Below, one piece after another: positions 9,357 to 18,127 of a stretch of DNA of 42,820 nucleotides (position 1 is the stretch's first letter; every line of letters starts with the position of its first letter). A program made the translations under genes and the position numbers. Origin of the DNA: a virus. Taxonomy: Duplodnaviria; Caudoviricetes. The DNA is taken from positions 1-42,820 of IMG/VR virus record IMGVR_UViG_3300021093_000144; one strand, written 5' to 3'. The notes below the pieces were generated by a model. It searched no databases. It saw only the letters and a program-made list of their open reading frames with translations, and was not told the DNA's origin.

Positions 9357-10487
9357 TTATCGATCATCTGCGGGGTTAACCAATCTCTTTTGTGTGGCAG
9401 TTGTACCGGTGGCAGTGCCTGAATTTTTTGGAAACGCCGCACCTACGATACCGCCTACTGTATTGATGGTTCCTCTTACCGTAGCAGGATTACTTAAGAT
9501 ATTGATAGCCTCTTGTTTCAATCCTTCTTTGCTAAGGCTTTTAAAATTCTTCGCGGTATTAATGGCCTTGATAGCAGTACCTAAAAATCCTCCGACTGAC
9601 CCGAACGCAGAACCGCCGGCAACATCTCCGAATATCTGTTCTAGGCCATCTAATACTCCACCTTCGCCTAATAGAGTCGATACCCCACCGCCTGCGACTG
9701 TAAGCGGACTTGGAAGATTATCGTAATAAAGATTTGCAAATCCTTTGGGATTGTTTCTAGAAACATTTCCACTGCTGTAGATAACTGATTCATATTCTAT
9801 GCTCATGGAGGTTTCATTGAAATCATTTGCTGTATAATCCATGCTACCATGACCCCAATTAGTAACTTTAGGATTGATCAGGGTATATCCGAGAAATCTC
9901 CTGCGACTCATAGTATAGATGCTGATAGATGTGAAAAAATCAGTAGACCTTCCTGCTCGATCTAGACCATATCTATAACTGTCGACCACGGATCCTTCTG
10001 GCCGCAGGGCCGTCTTAAAAAACGCTCTTTCTGGATTATGCCGATCTTGGACATAAGCACCCATATACAATGCCCACAAGGCATTGATTACACCGGCACT
10101 ATCATCATGGAAGGTCATGTTTATACCTTCATATGTAAAATTTTTATAAAAGATTTTTTTTCTATTGTATTGATTTTTTGTGACGGTTTCAAATTTAAAT
10201 TTTGGAAGATCTGTAGTCTTGATCAGATATCCTATTTCATCTGCATGTTTATTAGAAAATATCGGGGATGACAATATAGACTTATCTATTTCAAATCGCA
10301 CGTAATAAAGGAATTTCGTACGAGGTGTCAATCTATAACTGTTATCTAAAAACAGTCTAGATGCATGTCGCCAGTCGGCAAGTCCTCCTTTAGGATTCGT
10401 TAGTCCGCCTGCAACTCCGCTTAAAAATCTGCCCACAGAGCTGCTACCGCCTTGGCCAGTTAAAAATCTTGTAAATTTATTTGCCAT
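9357..10487 (-). CDS. Tail-tube-fold baseplate/tube-initiator protein (gp48/gp54-like)
   Basis: Tube-like pattern DLPKF..NQYNRK...INMTFHDD...INPKVTNW..MDY...SIEYE; directly downstream of the tail tube gene. Confidence 0.6.
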   Translation of the reverse strand: MANKFTRFLTGQGGSSSVGRFLSGVAGGLTNPKGGLADWRHASRLFLDNSYRLTPRTKFLYYVRFEIDKSILSSPIFSNKHADEIGYLIKTTDLPKFKFETVTKNQYNRKKIFYKNFTYEGINMTFHDDSAGVINALWALYMGAYVQDRHNPERAFFKTALRPEGSVVDSYRYGLDRAGRSTDFFTSISIYTMSRRRFLGYTLINPKVTNWGHGSMDYTANDFNETSMSIEYESVIYSSGNVSRNNPKGFANLYYDNLPSPLTVAGGGVSTLLGEGGVLDGLEQIFGDVAGGSAFGSVGGFLGTAIKAINTAKNFKSLSKEGLKQEAINILSNPATVRGTINTVGGIVGAAFPKNSGTATGTTATQKRLVNPADDR

Positions 10488-10504
10488 ACAGATATTTATG
10501 CCAC

Positions 10505-10529
10505 AAAAAAACCCAGAAAAATCTGGGTT
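10505..10529 (-). terminator. Intrinsic terminator after the tail tube gene
   Basis: Minus strand AACCCAGA-TTTT-TCTGGGTT-TTTTT. Confidence 0.8.
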
Positions 10530-10550
10530 CTTTGTCAGCCTTGTTGTCTT

Positions 10551-11192
10551 TTACTGTGCGCCGCTTCGTCCTGTTACTGCTTCGCCGAGCGTTCTTCCTA
10601 TTAGAGCACCAATACCTCGTTCGACTCCCGTGCCGCTGGCCCCCGCGAATTGCACGGCATTATCGTATTTGACCGTGAGAGCCACTGTCATGGGCTCATT
10701 ATTGGCGTAGTTTGCCTCACCGTAATCTACACTAGATAAGAAACAGCCATACAGTTCCCATTTTTCTAGGATGTTTGGCTCGAGATTACCGTTTCCTCCA
10801 TCCATCATTTCGATATTGGCTTGGAATTTATAATCAATACCTGATCTCGCAGAGGCCTGTTCCATGAAATCAAACTGTTTCTGGATCTGTTGACCAACTA
10901 ATTTCTGTACTTGACCGTTGGCATCGTCACGCAAGTTGATGGTCACGTCATCCCAGCTCGGTTTACCGGCCAGTTTAACCTTGGAGTTATAGATCGGAAT
11001 CTCCATTTCTTCAAAGGTCACAGTCGGACGTTTTACATCGCTGACCTGTTTGGTTAACTCTGTGCTGGCCTCAACACCGAATCCTAGCAGTATCACCCTA
11101 AAGCGATACTGTAGTTTAGGCATTAGCAGCGCGGTGCCGCTGTTGCCGTTACTGGTTGGAACTGAAATTCTATTTAAGGATGTTAGTGCCAT
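10551..11192 (-). CDS. gp19: Tail tube protein
   Basis: PKLQYRFRV, RPTVTFEE, KLAGKPSWDDVTINLRDD, WELYGCFLSSVDYG..Y, LTVKYDNA; follows the sheath gene. Confidence 0.88.
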   Translation of the reverse strand: MALTSLNRISVPTSNGNSGTALLMPKLQYRFRVILLGFGVEASTELTKQVSDVKRPTVTFEEMEIPIYNSKVKLAGKPSWDDVTINLRDDANGQVQKLVGQQIQKQFDFMEQASARSGIDYKFQANIEMMDGGNGNLEPNILEKWELYGCFLSSVDYGEANYANNEPMTVALTVKYDNAVQFAGASGTGVERGIGALIGRTLGEAVTGRSGAQ

Positions 11193-11194
11193 TT

Positions 11195-14100
11195 TTAAAT
11201 CTCTCCTGTGTTCTTGACACGCAATGGAATGTAGATAAACTCAACTGCCTTTACTGGTTCAATCGCAATATCAACATAAAGTTCGTTACGATCAATCCTA
11301 GACGGCGTGTTATTGGATTCATCGCAGACCACGGCAAAGTCGTAGAGCGCTCTCAAGCCAACCAATTCTAACAACAGGCTTTCTACAGCACCTTTGATCT
11401 CGTCTCTGGTAATCTTATCGTTAGGTTCGAAGATATACGGACGAGCCAATTTTTGTAGTTGGCTGCGTAGATATACCACTAGGCGTGCCACATTAATTCT
11501 ATCTAGAGCGCTGGCGTTTCTAGCACGAGTCTTTTGACCGTATGCTACGAGACCCACTCCTACAAAGAACGGAATTGGATTGACTTTTAGTTCGTACAAT
11601 GTATCGCGCTGGCCTTCATTTAGTGCCACGCTTTGGAATTCTCCTGTATCAGCATCTATAAAACCAACTGCTGTTGCATTTGTGATGCCGCCTCGTCTTG
11701 TGCCTGCTGGCGCAAACCAAGGATAAGAAACTTGATCGCTCAGTGCGATAGTTCTCAGCATCATGTGTGTGGCCGGAACGACTGCGTTAGCACCGCTTAA
11801 GTCTGTGGTAAATCCGTTTGGATAATATACAGCACAGTATTCGTCGTAACTAACGATACCTGTGTCACCGTTATCTAGTGCGCCGTTAGCATTGGTACCC
11901 CAGGCTGTTAGGCTGGTAGCATCTGCGGGTAAACGCAATGGTGTGTCGCCGAGCACGAATGCTGTCAACCCTCTGTCTAGATTCAAGTTGATCAAATTGC
12001 TCAGTGTTTCTGGATATCCTGGGCAAGCGATCAAATTGAAGTTTCTACGTTCTTCATCTCGTATCTCTGAACTGGTATCGATACAGCTTTTTAATTTCTG
12101 TTGTACTAGAGCACGCTGAGCTTTGCGACCAAACGAACCGGACCCGTCTTCGTTGTTAGGCGATGCTGTGGTCCAACGGTCAGTCCAATACGTGGTCATC
12201 TGATCACCTAGTATCGGATCGAGTCCTAGTGCTGCTCTAGATGTCTGGAATCTTGGATTGTTTTCTGCGATATTGATGTAGTTGTTTTGATAACGCTTGA
12301 CGTTACCTCCGCTTCTGCGCAGATTCCATAACAGCATTCCTTTAGGATATAGTGCTGGATCTGGAGCATCTGGATCTAAGAAGTTGCTGGTCAGCAGTTC
12401 AATGATAGTGGCTTCGCCCGATCCGCCGTCTGTGTTCCATCTCGCGTCGGCGAACAGGATACCATCTTCTGTGGTTTGATCGGTCTTGTCCAGCAAAGAC
12501 CAAGCAGCACTGGTAGTTCCTGCGTTGGTGTATCTATAGATAGTCGGAAAATTTTCTAGATCAGCGGTGCTGATCCATAGGTCGTTATCAACTAGAGCCG
12601 TTCCGTCGCTCTGTGCAGTCGGCTCGCTGGCGCTCACGATAGGACCTTCTGGATCTGTTCCTGTATATAAAGAATATGTGTTTTTATATCCGACCCAAGT
12701 AGATCCGTTATGTACCATGATATCAACTTCGGAGAAGTTAGGAGTATACCATAGTTGGCCATCTGCTGCTTCTGCTAGAGGTTGATCTCCCTGTGCAGCA
12801 AAATTCTCTGTGGCTAATGGTTTCCACAGCGTAGCTATCAACTCTGTTCCGTTGTCGGATGCGTACAGATTAACGGTACCGTCTTGGTCTTCTATGTCGT
12901 AGGCGGTAAATGCCGATTCGATCACCGTGCCTACTCCTCCGAGAACGAATCTCATATCGCCGCCTGCGACGTGGCTAATCTTCACCGTATTAGTTGCGGT
13001 AACCTCAGCAGTTACATAGTTAGTATAAGCGATAGGATTAGTAGGATCTGTGTTATCGAATCCAAAATTTGCAGCATTTATAGCCGCTGCAAATGCCTGT
13101 GCATCTTCTTCTGCGTCACTGGCAGAATTGAAAGTTACCGTAGTAGAAATTAGATCTTCGTAGCCCGGATGGCTCTGTTTTAACACAAAATTATTACCGG
13201 TAACTGTGCCGAACGTTGCTGGAACGATTTCTACGGATTCGATCGTTGTCGCACCTTGTCCGCTGCGTCTCCAGATTCTATATTCTACAGTTTCGGGTGT
13301 GCTGTCATTACCACTGTTTTCGGTGGCGTTGGTCTGAACAAACAGTTCTTCTTGATCTATACCAACTCCACCGCCGCTGCGATCTAGACCGTAGATCGCA
13401 GCATGCGTAGTCGCATATAATGGTGCTGAATATGAAATCCATAACTGTGTAGCGCTGTTCCAACGCTTGACAAGCCATCTCGAACCGCTGTTTGGTGCTG
13501 TGGTCTTGATCCATACAGATCCCGTTGGTCTCGCAGCAGCATCTGTTGATTTGTATGCAGGAACTTGAGTATGCGGAGTCTGTTGTAGTTTAGGAGAATA
13601 ATACGTTCCTGCATCAATGCCAAATGGAGTCCAGGTTCCTTCTAATGTTAGGGCACCATCGGCACCGGTGGTGCTCCCATCTGACACAGTAGTTCCATCG
13701 GAATATATGTAAAGTCTATTGTTGACCGCTTGGGCAGAAATGCCTACGGGCGCTAGGCCATTGATAACACTAGCCAGTGTGGCCGCTGATCTCGAACCTG
13801 CTGTGATAGGAGTTCCGTTCAAAACTAACTCAGTATGTGCTACCGGAGATGCTACTGCTGTAGTACCTTGCACGGCCGGATGGCTGGCTTTCCATTCAGG
13901 AGATCCTACTAATACCCAAGTACCAGCGACAACACCCTGATCGCCCGCACCTCCGTTACCTGCGCTCTTGTACCATAATTTAATATATTCTTTAGTAGCA
14001 TCTACACTGGAATCTACGCCGATGGTCTGTGCGACAACAGCGTAGTCTCCCACAGATCCTACAGATGATAATGGAGCATATGGCTGTCCGTCTAGTTTGC

Positions 14101-14626
14101 TGACGTCCTCGTCTGTGAGCACCAAGGGCACTTTGTTAGCGAATCGTTGTCCGCCAACTACTGTCGATGGTGCACCATTCCACTCTTGGATACCCCAAGA
14201 AGTTGAAAGGGTGTCTAACCACCATTTGCCATTCGCTGGCTCTGCTCCCGGGGCGGTAGTCTGTCCTTCCAGTTCGGCTAGGTTGACATCTGCTCGAACG
14301 ATAAATGCTGCATTGCTTACCCCGAGGTAACTATATGCTGTTAATAGTCCGTATTCGTTTCTCTCTCCGCCGTGTACTGGACTTGCTGAAGGAGTCTGTT
14401 CAAAGAACGGAATACCAAATGTGTCTACCAGTTCTCGCTGGCTAGTGATCTTGAATGCTTTCAGTGCATTCGCTGCGGTAGTTCCTATAGCAGTACCTGT
14501 GCCTGCTGCGTTAGATTTATCCTGTGCGGTAGCGATCACGATAAGGGGAGTAGTACCAGGTTCCGCTGGTGTATAAAAACTCTCGTCAATTACCGTAACT
14601 TGTACGCCTGGTGATGTTAGTGCCAT
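11195..14626 (-). CDS. gp18: Contractile tail sheath protein (1143 aa, large internal insertions)
   Basis: N-terminal SPGVQVTVIDES; C-terminal PWFAPAGTRRG, RDTLYELKVNPI, GQKT, DRINVARL, FEPND, VCDESNNTP, IEPVKAVEFIYI. Confidence 0.95.
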   Translation of the reverse strand: MALTSPGVQVTVIDESFYTPAEPGTTPLIVIATAQDKSNAAGTGTAIGTTAANALKAFKITSQRELVDTFGIPFFEQTPSASPVHGGERNEYGLLTAYSYLGVSNAAFIVRADVNLAELEGQTTAPGAEPANGKWWLDTLSTSWGIQEWNGAPSTVVGGQRFANKVPLVLTDEDVSKLDGQPYAPLSSVGSVGDYAVVAQTIGVDSSVDATKEYIKLWYKSAGNGGAGDQGVVAGTWVLVGSPEWKASHPAVQGTTAVASPVAHTELVLNGTPITAGSRSAATLASVINGLAPVGISAQAVNNRLYIYSDGTTVSDGSTTGADGALTLEGTWTPFGIDAGTYYSPKLQQTPHTQVPAYKSTDAAARPTGSVWIKTTAPNSGSRWLVKRWNSATQLWISYSAPLYATTHAAIYGLDRSGGGVGIDQEELFVQTNATENSGNDSTPETVEYRIWRRSGQGATTIESVEIVPATFGTVTGNNFVLKQSHPGYEDLISTTVTFNSASDAEEDAQAFAAAINAANFGFDNTDPTNPIAYTNYVTAEVTATNTVKISHVAGGDMRFVLGGVGTVIESAFTAYDIEDQDGTVNLYASDNGTELIATLWKPLATENFAAQGDQPLAEAADGQLWYTPNFSEVDIMVHNGSTWVGYKNTYSLYTGTDPEGPIVSASEPTAQSDGTALVDNDLWISTADLENFPTIYRYTNAGTTSAAWSLLDKTDQTTEDGILFADARWNTDGGSGEATIIELLTSNFLDPDAPDPALYPKGMLLWNLRRSGGNVKRYQNNYINIAENNPRFQTSRAALGLDPILGDQMTTYWTDRWTTASPNNEDGSGSFGRKAQRALVQQKLKSCIDTSSEIRDEERRNFNLIACPGYPETLSNLINLNLDRGLTAFVLGDTPLRLPADATSLTAWGTNANGALDNGDTGIVSYDEYCAVYYPNGFTTDLSGANAVVPATHMMLRTIALSDQVSYPWFAPAGTRRGGITNATAVGFIDADTGEFQSVALNEGQRDTLYELKVNPIPFFVGVGLVAYGQKTRARNASALDRINVARLVVYLRSQLQKLARPYIFEPNDKITRDEIKGAVESLLLELVGLRALYDFAVVCDESNNTPSRIDRNELYVDIAIEPVKAVEFIYIPLRVKNTGEI

Positions 14627-14657
14627 TCCCTAATCTCCTGGTAATAGTTGCTCATAT

Positions 14658-14730
14658 TATTTAGCGGGTTATCACAAAAATGGGCGGTTATGCAGCGGGG
14701 AAAAGGGCAATAAAAGGGCGGTTATAAATA
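14658..14730. promoter_or_regulatory. Divergent late promoters (TAAATA on - for the sheath; TATAAATA on + for the HNH gene)
   Basis: tattta at 14658-14663; the T4 late consensus TATAAATA at 14723-14730. Confidence 0.7.
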
Positions 14731-14734
14731 TCAT

Positions 14735-15070
14735 ATGCGCCTTTTATGTAAAACCTGCGGTGAAAAACCTCGTGCTGTGAACTATCACAAAGGAGGAAAA
14801 ATATTTTATCGACACCAATGTGATACCTGCGCTCGAGGTGCTGATAGTAAACGACCTCGATGGTATCAATCAGGATATCGACAAAAAGATTCTTGTGAAA
14901 AGTGTGGATTCAGGAGCAGACATCCAGAGCAGTTCAACGTGTTTCACGTAGATGGAAATCTAGATAACTGCCGTCCTAGCAACCTCAAGACAGTATGCGC
15001 GAACTGCCAACGAATTCTGCATCGAGAAGGCGTCCGTTGGCGCCAGGGAGATCTTGTCCCTGATGTATGA
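14735..15070 (+). CDS. Small Zn-finger/HNH-like protein
   Basis: Four CxxC pairs; VFHVDGNLDN...NLKTVCANCQ is an HNH-type core. Confidence 0.8.
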   Translation: MRLLCKTCGEKPRAVNYHKGGKIFYRHQCDTCARGADSKRPRWYQSGYRQKDSCEKCGFRSRHPEQFNVFHVDGNLDNCRPSNLKTVCANCQRILHREGVRWRQGDLVPDV

Positions 15071-15680
15071 TCAATGATCGTATTTGTTTATATAAATCGT
15101 CGATAGTTCCGTTGTTGTCGATTTCGTGATCGAATTCTGTGCCGACCCAAGCGGTTTCCGAAGCGTGTATTTTTAATCTTTTAAGTTCGTTTAATGCTAG
15201 ATTGCTGCCTAGTTGATTCGCTGCCATAGCATATTGATACCACTCAGGTAGTTCTCCGCGTTTCACCCAGACGATTTTTCCGCCCGCACGTCGGATACTG
15301 GATATTTCGTTAGGGAAGCGGCAGTCTGAAATCACGACGTGATCTCGAGAGTTACGGAGTTTGTTTTCTAAACTAGCGATCCATATATCATCATGAAATG
15401 CACGTCTACAGACTTCAGTTCCCCAATATTGTAGGACCCATCTGGGGGTCAGCGTGGGCATGTCCAGTCGTTCGGCCCACCACGGATCTACCTGTTCGCG
15501 CCATTCTCTGGCTTCCTTGGTTCTGCCCTCCAGCATGGTCCTATCCCAGCCAAACACCGCTGAGACGGCGTCTTTGAGTGTGTTGGCAAAACTTTCTCTA
15601 CGAAATTCGTGGAAGTTGACTAGATAGTCAGCGACTGTGTCCTTGCCGCTGCCGATGAAACCGCAAATACCTATGATCAT
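14985..15680 (-). CDS. gp1: Deoxynucleoside monophosphate kinase (T4 gp1-like)
   Basis: IIGICGFIGSGKDT P-loop, SFANTLKD, TPRWVLQYWGTE, VISDCRFPNE, HASE; start revised to ATG 15680 behind SD GGAGG. Confidence 0.92.
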   Translation of the reverse strand: MIIGICGFIGSGKDTVADYLVNFHEFRRESFANTLKDAVSAVFGWDRTMLEGRTKEAREWREQVDPWWAERLDMPTLTPRWVLQYWGTEVCRRAFHDDIWIASLENKLRNSRDHVVISDCRFPNEISSIRRAGGKIVWVKRGELPEWYQYAMAANQLGSNLALNELKRLKIHASETAWVGTEFDHEIDNNGTIDDLYKQIRSLIIHQGQDLPGANGRLLDAEFVGSSRILS

Positions 15681-15700
15681 AATGTCCTCCAATTACAGAC

Positions 15701-15730
15701 ATTATAGCAAATTTAATGTAGAATAATCAA
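15701..15730 (-). promoter_or_regulatory. Sigma70-type promoter for the dNMP kinase
   Basis: Minus strand TTGATT-N18-TATAAT with extended -10 (TGcTATAAT). Confidence 0.65.
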
Positions 15731-15732
15731 CC

Positions 15733-16071
15733 TTAATAATAGGGTTTTGGCGTTTTTGGTTTGCCCGTGTTTAGTCGATTGGCTAATACACTGGCGGTGT
15801 TGATAGATTTAGTTCTATCAGTTCTGCGAGCAGCCTGGACTTTAGTGCGGGCTCGAGTAGTCTTCATTTTTTGTGCTTTGGCGATGTTCATGGGTTGATG
15901 GCATTTTGAAGGGTGGCTGACCTGGCGGCTAGCCCTTGGGCCGGAAGTGCAACGGAATTTTAGTTTCGGTGTGCCGCTTCGAGCCGTATGTTTACCTACA
16001 CCCCAGACCATCTTAGCGGTCTCAGTATAAAATTCTTCGTCGCTTTCAAAGATAAATTCCGATGCTTTCAT
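15733..16071 (-). CDS. Basic hypothetical protein, possible head-internal DNA-binding protein
   Basis: Acidic leader MKASEFIFES followed by an Arg/Lys-rich body; TAATG coupling to the neck gene. Confidence 0.6.
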   Translation of the reverse strand: MKASEFIFESDEEFYTETAKMVWGVGKHTARSGTPKLKFRCTSGPRASRQVSHPSKCHQPMNIAKAQKMKTTRARTKVQAARRTDRTKSINTASVLANRLNTGKPKTPKPYY

Positions 16072-16829
16072 TAGCCGATGATCCAGGTATAACCGTGACC
16101 GCCAGGAACAGCGGTTTCCAATTCTTTGGTCAATCGTTCGATATCTGCCTGGCCCTCAGATTTCATCGCAGCACCGTTTAGGGCTGTGCCACCCTGGGGG
16201 CCTGCGATGCTGGCGAACTTTTCGCGAGCCTGTCCTAGCATTATCTTGCAGTTAGCCAGGCTGTAATCTTTGATCCATTGATTGGCATATGTATCTTCGA
16301 TTATAGCGAAATCTGGACGTTTGTTATAGACCCACAACATCACTTCTTCTTCCCCTCTAGGACGTTGGAATATGGTCAATTTTCTTGTCTGGGGATTGAA
16401 AGTGAAATTGATAAATGATCCAAACATCTTGCCTACTAGTTCTTGATATCCTGCGAACAATTCGTAAGTGGCCAAACCGCCCATATTTGTAGAACTCAGC
16501 AGATAGGTATTGGTATAGGCCAGATTGAAAGGTTCAAACACTGTGCCGCCTGTGCCGTTGCCTGTGCGTGATCCTATGCTACGCCTATAGATCTGTCTTA
16601 CCTGTTGTATTTCTCTAGGTAATATATAATCATTTTGATCTTGTTTTAGAGTTAAAAAAGCATAACTCTCTTCGACAGCATTATCGGATCGTTGGCGAAA
16701 AATGCCTAGACTGCGATCTAGTGCAGTTTCATAGTGTTCGGGATCTAGTTCTACATCTATCATACCATCGCCTAGCATGGTTTTGCAGTAGTCATAGACG
16801 GATTGACGGGCTTGGTCGATTTGGCTCAT
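16071..16829 (-). CDS. gp13: Neck protein, gp13-like
   Basis: LGDGMIDVELD, WIKDYSLANCK.MLGQAREKF..IAGPQGG..LNG..MK.EG; start revised to ATG 16829, 5 nt after TAAATA. Confidence 0.85.
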   Translation of the reverse strand: MSQIDQARQSVYDYCKTMLGDGMIDVELDPEHYETALDRSLGIFRQRSDNAVEESYAFLTLKQDQNDYILPREIQQVRQIYRRSIGSRTGNGTGGTVFEPFNLAYTNTYLLSSTNMGGLATYELFAGYQELVGKMFGSFINFTFNPQTRKLTIFQRPRGEEEVMLWVYNKRPDFAIIEDTYANQWIKDYSLANCKIMLGQAREKFASIAGPQGGTALNGAAMKSEGQADIERLTKELETAVPGGHGYTWIIG

Positions 16830-16834
16830 GATAG

Positions 16835-16851
16835 TATTTATGCGGTAAATA
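16835..16851. promoter_or_regulatory. Back-to-back late promoter boxes
   Basis: tattta (16835-16840, minus) and taaata (16846-16851, plus) within the 29-nt gap between divergent genes. Confidence 0.7.
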
Positions 16852-16858
16852 TACAACT

Positions 16859-18127
16859 ATGCCAAGACTCAGTCTCTATAGGCCCGAAAAGGGCAATGAT
16901 TTTAAGTTCATCGATAAAACCGCCTGGGAGATGTTCCAGATAGGAGGAACCGATGTGCTCATACACAAGTATCTGGGTCCTGGTGCTTCTGTGCAAGGTG
17001 ATACACCTAGCACTCCCGCATACGATTCCACGGATCCGACACAGATACAAGATTTGCTATTTCTAGAAAACAGAGATAGAAAATATGATCCGGATGTATA
17101 TGTCATGCGAGGTGTTTATAATCTACAGGATACAGATTTCAATCTTAGCCAGTTCGGATTGTTTCTACAGAATGACACTATTTTTATAACTTTCCATATT
17201 CGAGATACAGTAGAAAAACTAGGAAGGAAACTTATCAGCGGAGATGTCATAGAATTACCGCATCTCAAAGATGAATACGCCCTCAACGACCTATCATTCG
17301 CCCTTAAAAGATTCTATGTCATAGAAGAGGTCACTCGTGCAGCAGAAGGATTTTCAGTGACTTGGTACCCGCACCTGTATCGTGCCAAATGCAAACCGTT
17401 GGTAGACAGCCAAGAGTACAAAGAGATATTAGATAGCATCGCAGGTGAAGGATCAGATATGACCTTGCGAGATCTGATGAGCACCTATGAAAAAGAAATG
17501 CAGATCACGCAAGCGGTCCTTGAGCAGGCCGAATTAGATTCTCCTAAGAGTGGATTTGACACCACGCAACATTATATGTTGCAGAAAGACGAGACTGGAA
17601 AAGTAGAGATAGTAACCGCAGACAATACACAATTGCTGGCCTCTATGCAGACACAGGCCACTGATGCCAATGGCGATCCTTTAGTGGACGAGAACGGTGA
17701 TCCTGTTTATGTGGGACCTACATCATCTACGATTTTCCAGAGTCCGGAATACAACGGTCCGATGATCGGGGACGGCGACGGAGTCCCTCCCAACGGTGCA
17801 CCATTTACTGCCGGAATCGCTTTTCCTTTACAGCCTGGTATCGGTCAATTCCATCTTCGAACAGATTACAGTCCCAAACGATTGTTTAGATTTAGTGGAA
17901 CGAGATGGGTCAAAGTCGAAGACATTACTAGAATGACATTGAATAATCTTGGTAATGAGGATGTTGTCGCAGGCGGATCGCCCAATGACATGTTCTTAGG
18001 CAAAGACGTAAAACTGACCCATAAGACCACGTTTATAAACAACAACAAGCAGGCCACTGTTAACGGTAAAACAGTGAAAGAAAAACAGAGCCTCACTAAG
18101 GCTCTAAGACCAAAGGCGGATGAATAA
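16859..18127 (+). CDS. Probable neck/head-closure protein (gp14-like) with C-terminal extension
   Basis: QDLLFLENRDRKYD, LSQFGLFL.ND..FITFH, GDVIELPH pattern similar to gp14; lies between gp13-like and gp15-like genes. Confidence 0.6.
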   Translation: MPRLSLYRPEKGNDFKFIDKTAWEMFQIGGTDVLIHKYLGPGASVQGDTPSTPAYDSTDPTQIQDLLFLENRDRKYDPDVYVMRGVYNLQDTDFNLSQFGLFLQNDTIFITFHIRDTVEKLGRKLISGDVIELPHLKDEYALNDLSFALKRFYVIEEVTRAAEGFSVTWYPHLYRAKCKPLVDSQEYKEILDSIAGEGSDMTLRDLMSTYEKEMQITQAVLEQAELDSPKSGFDTTQHYMLQKDETGKVEIVTADNTQLLASMQTQATDANGDPLVDENGDPVYVGPTSSTIFQSPEYNGPMIGDGDGVPPNGAPFTAGIAFPLQPGIGQFHLRTDYSPKRLFRFSGTRWVKVEDITRMTLNNLGNEDVVAGGSPNDMFLGKDVKLTHKTTFINNNKQATVNGKTVKEKQSLTKALRPKADE

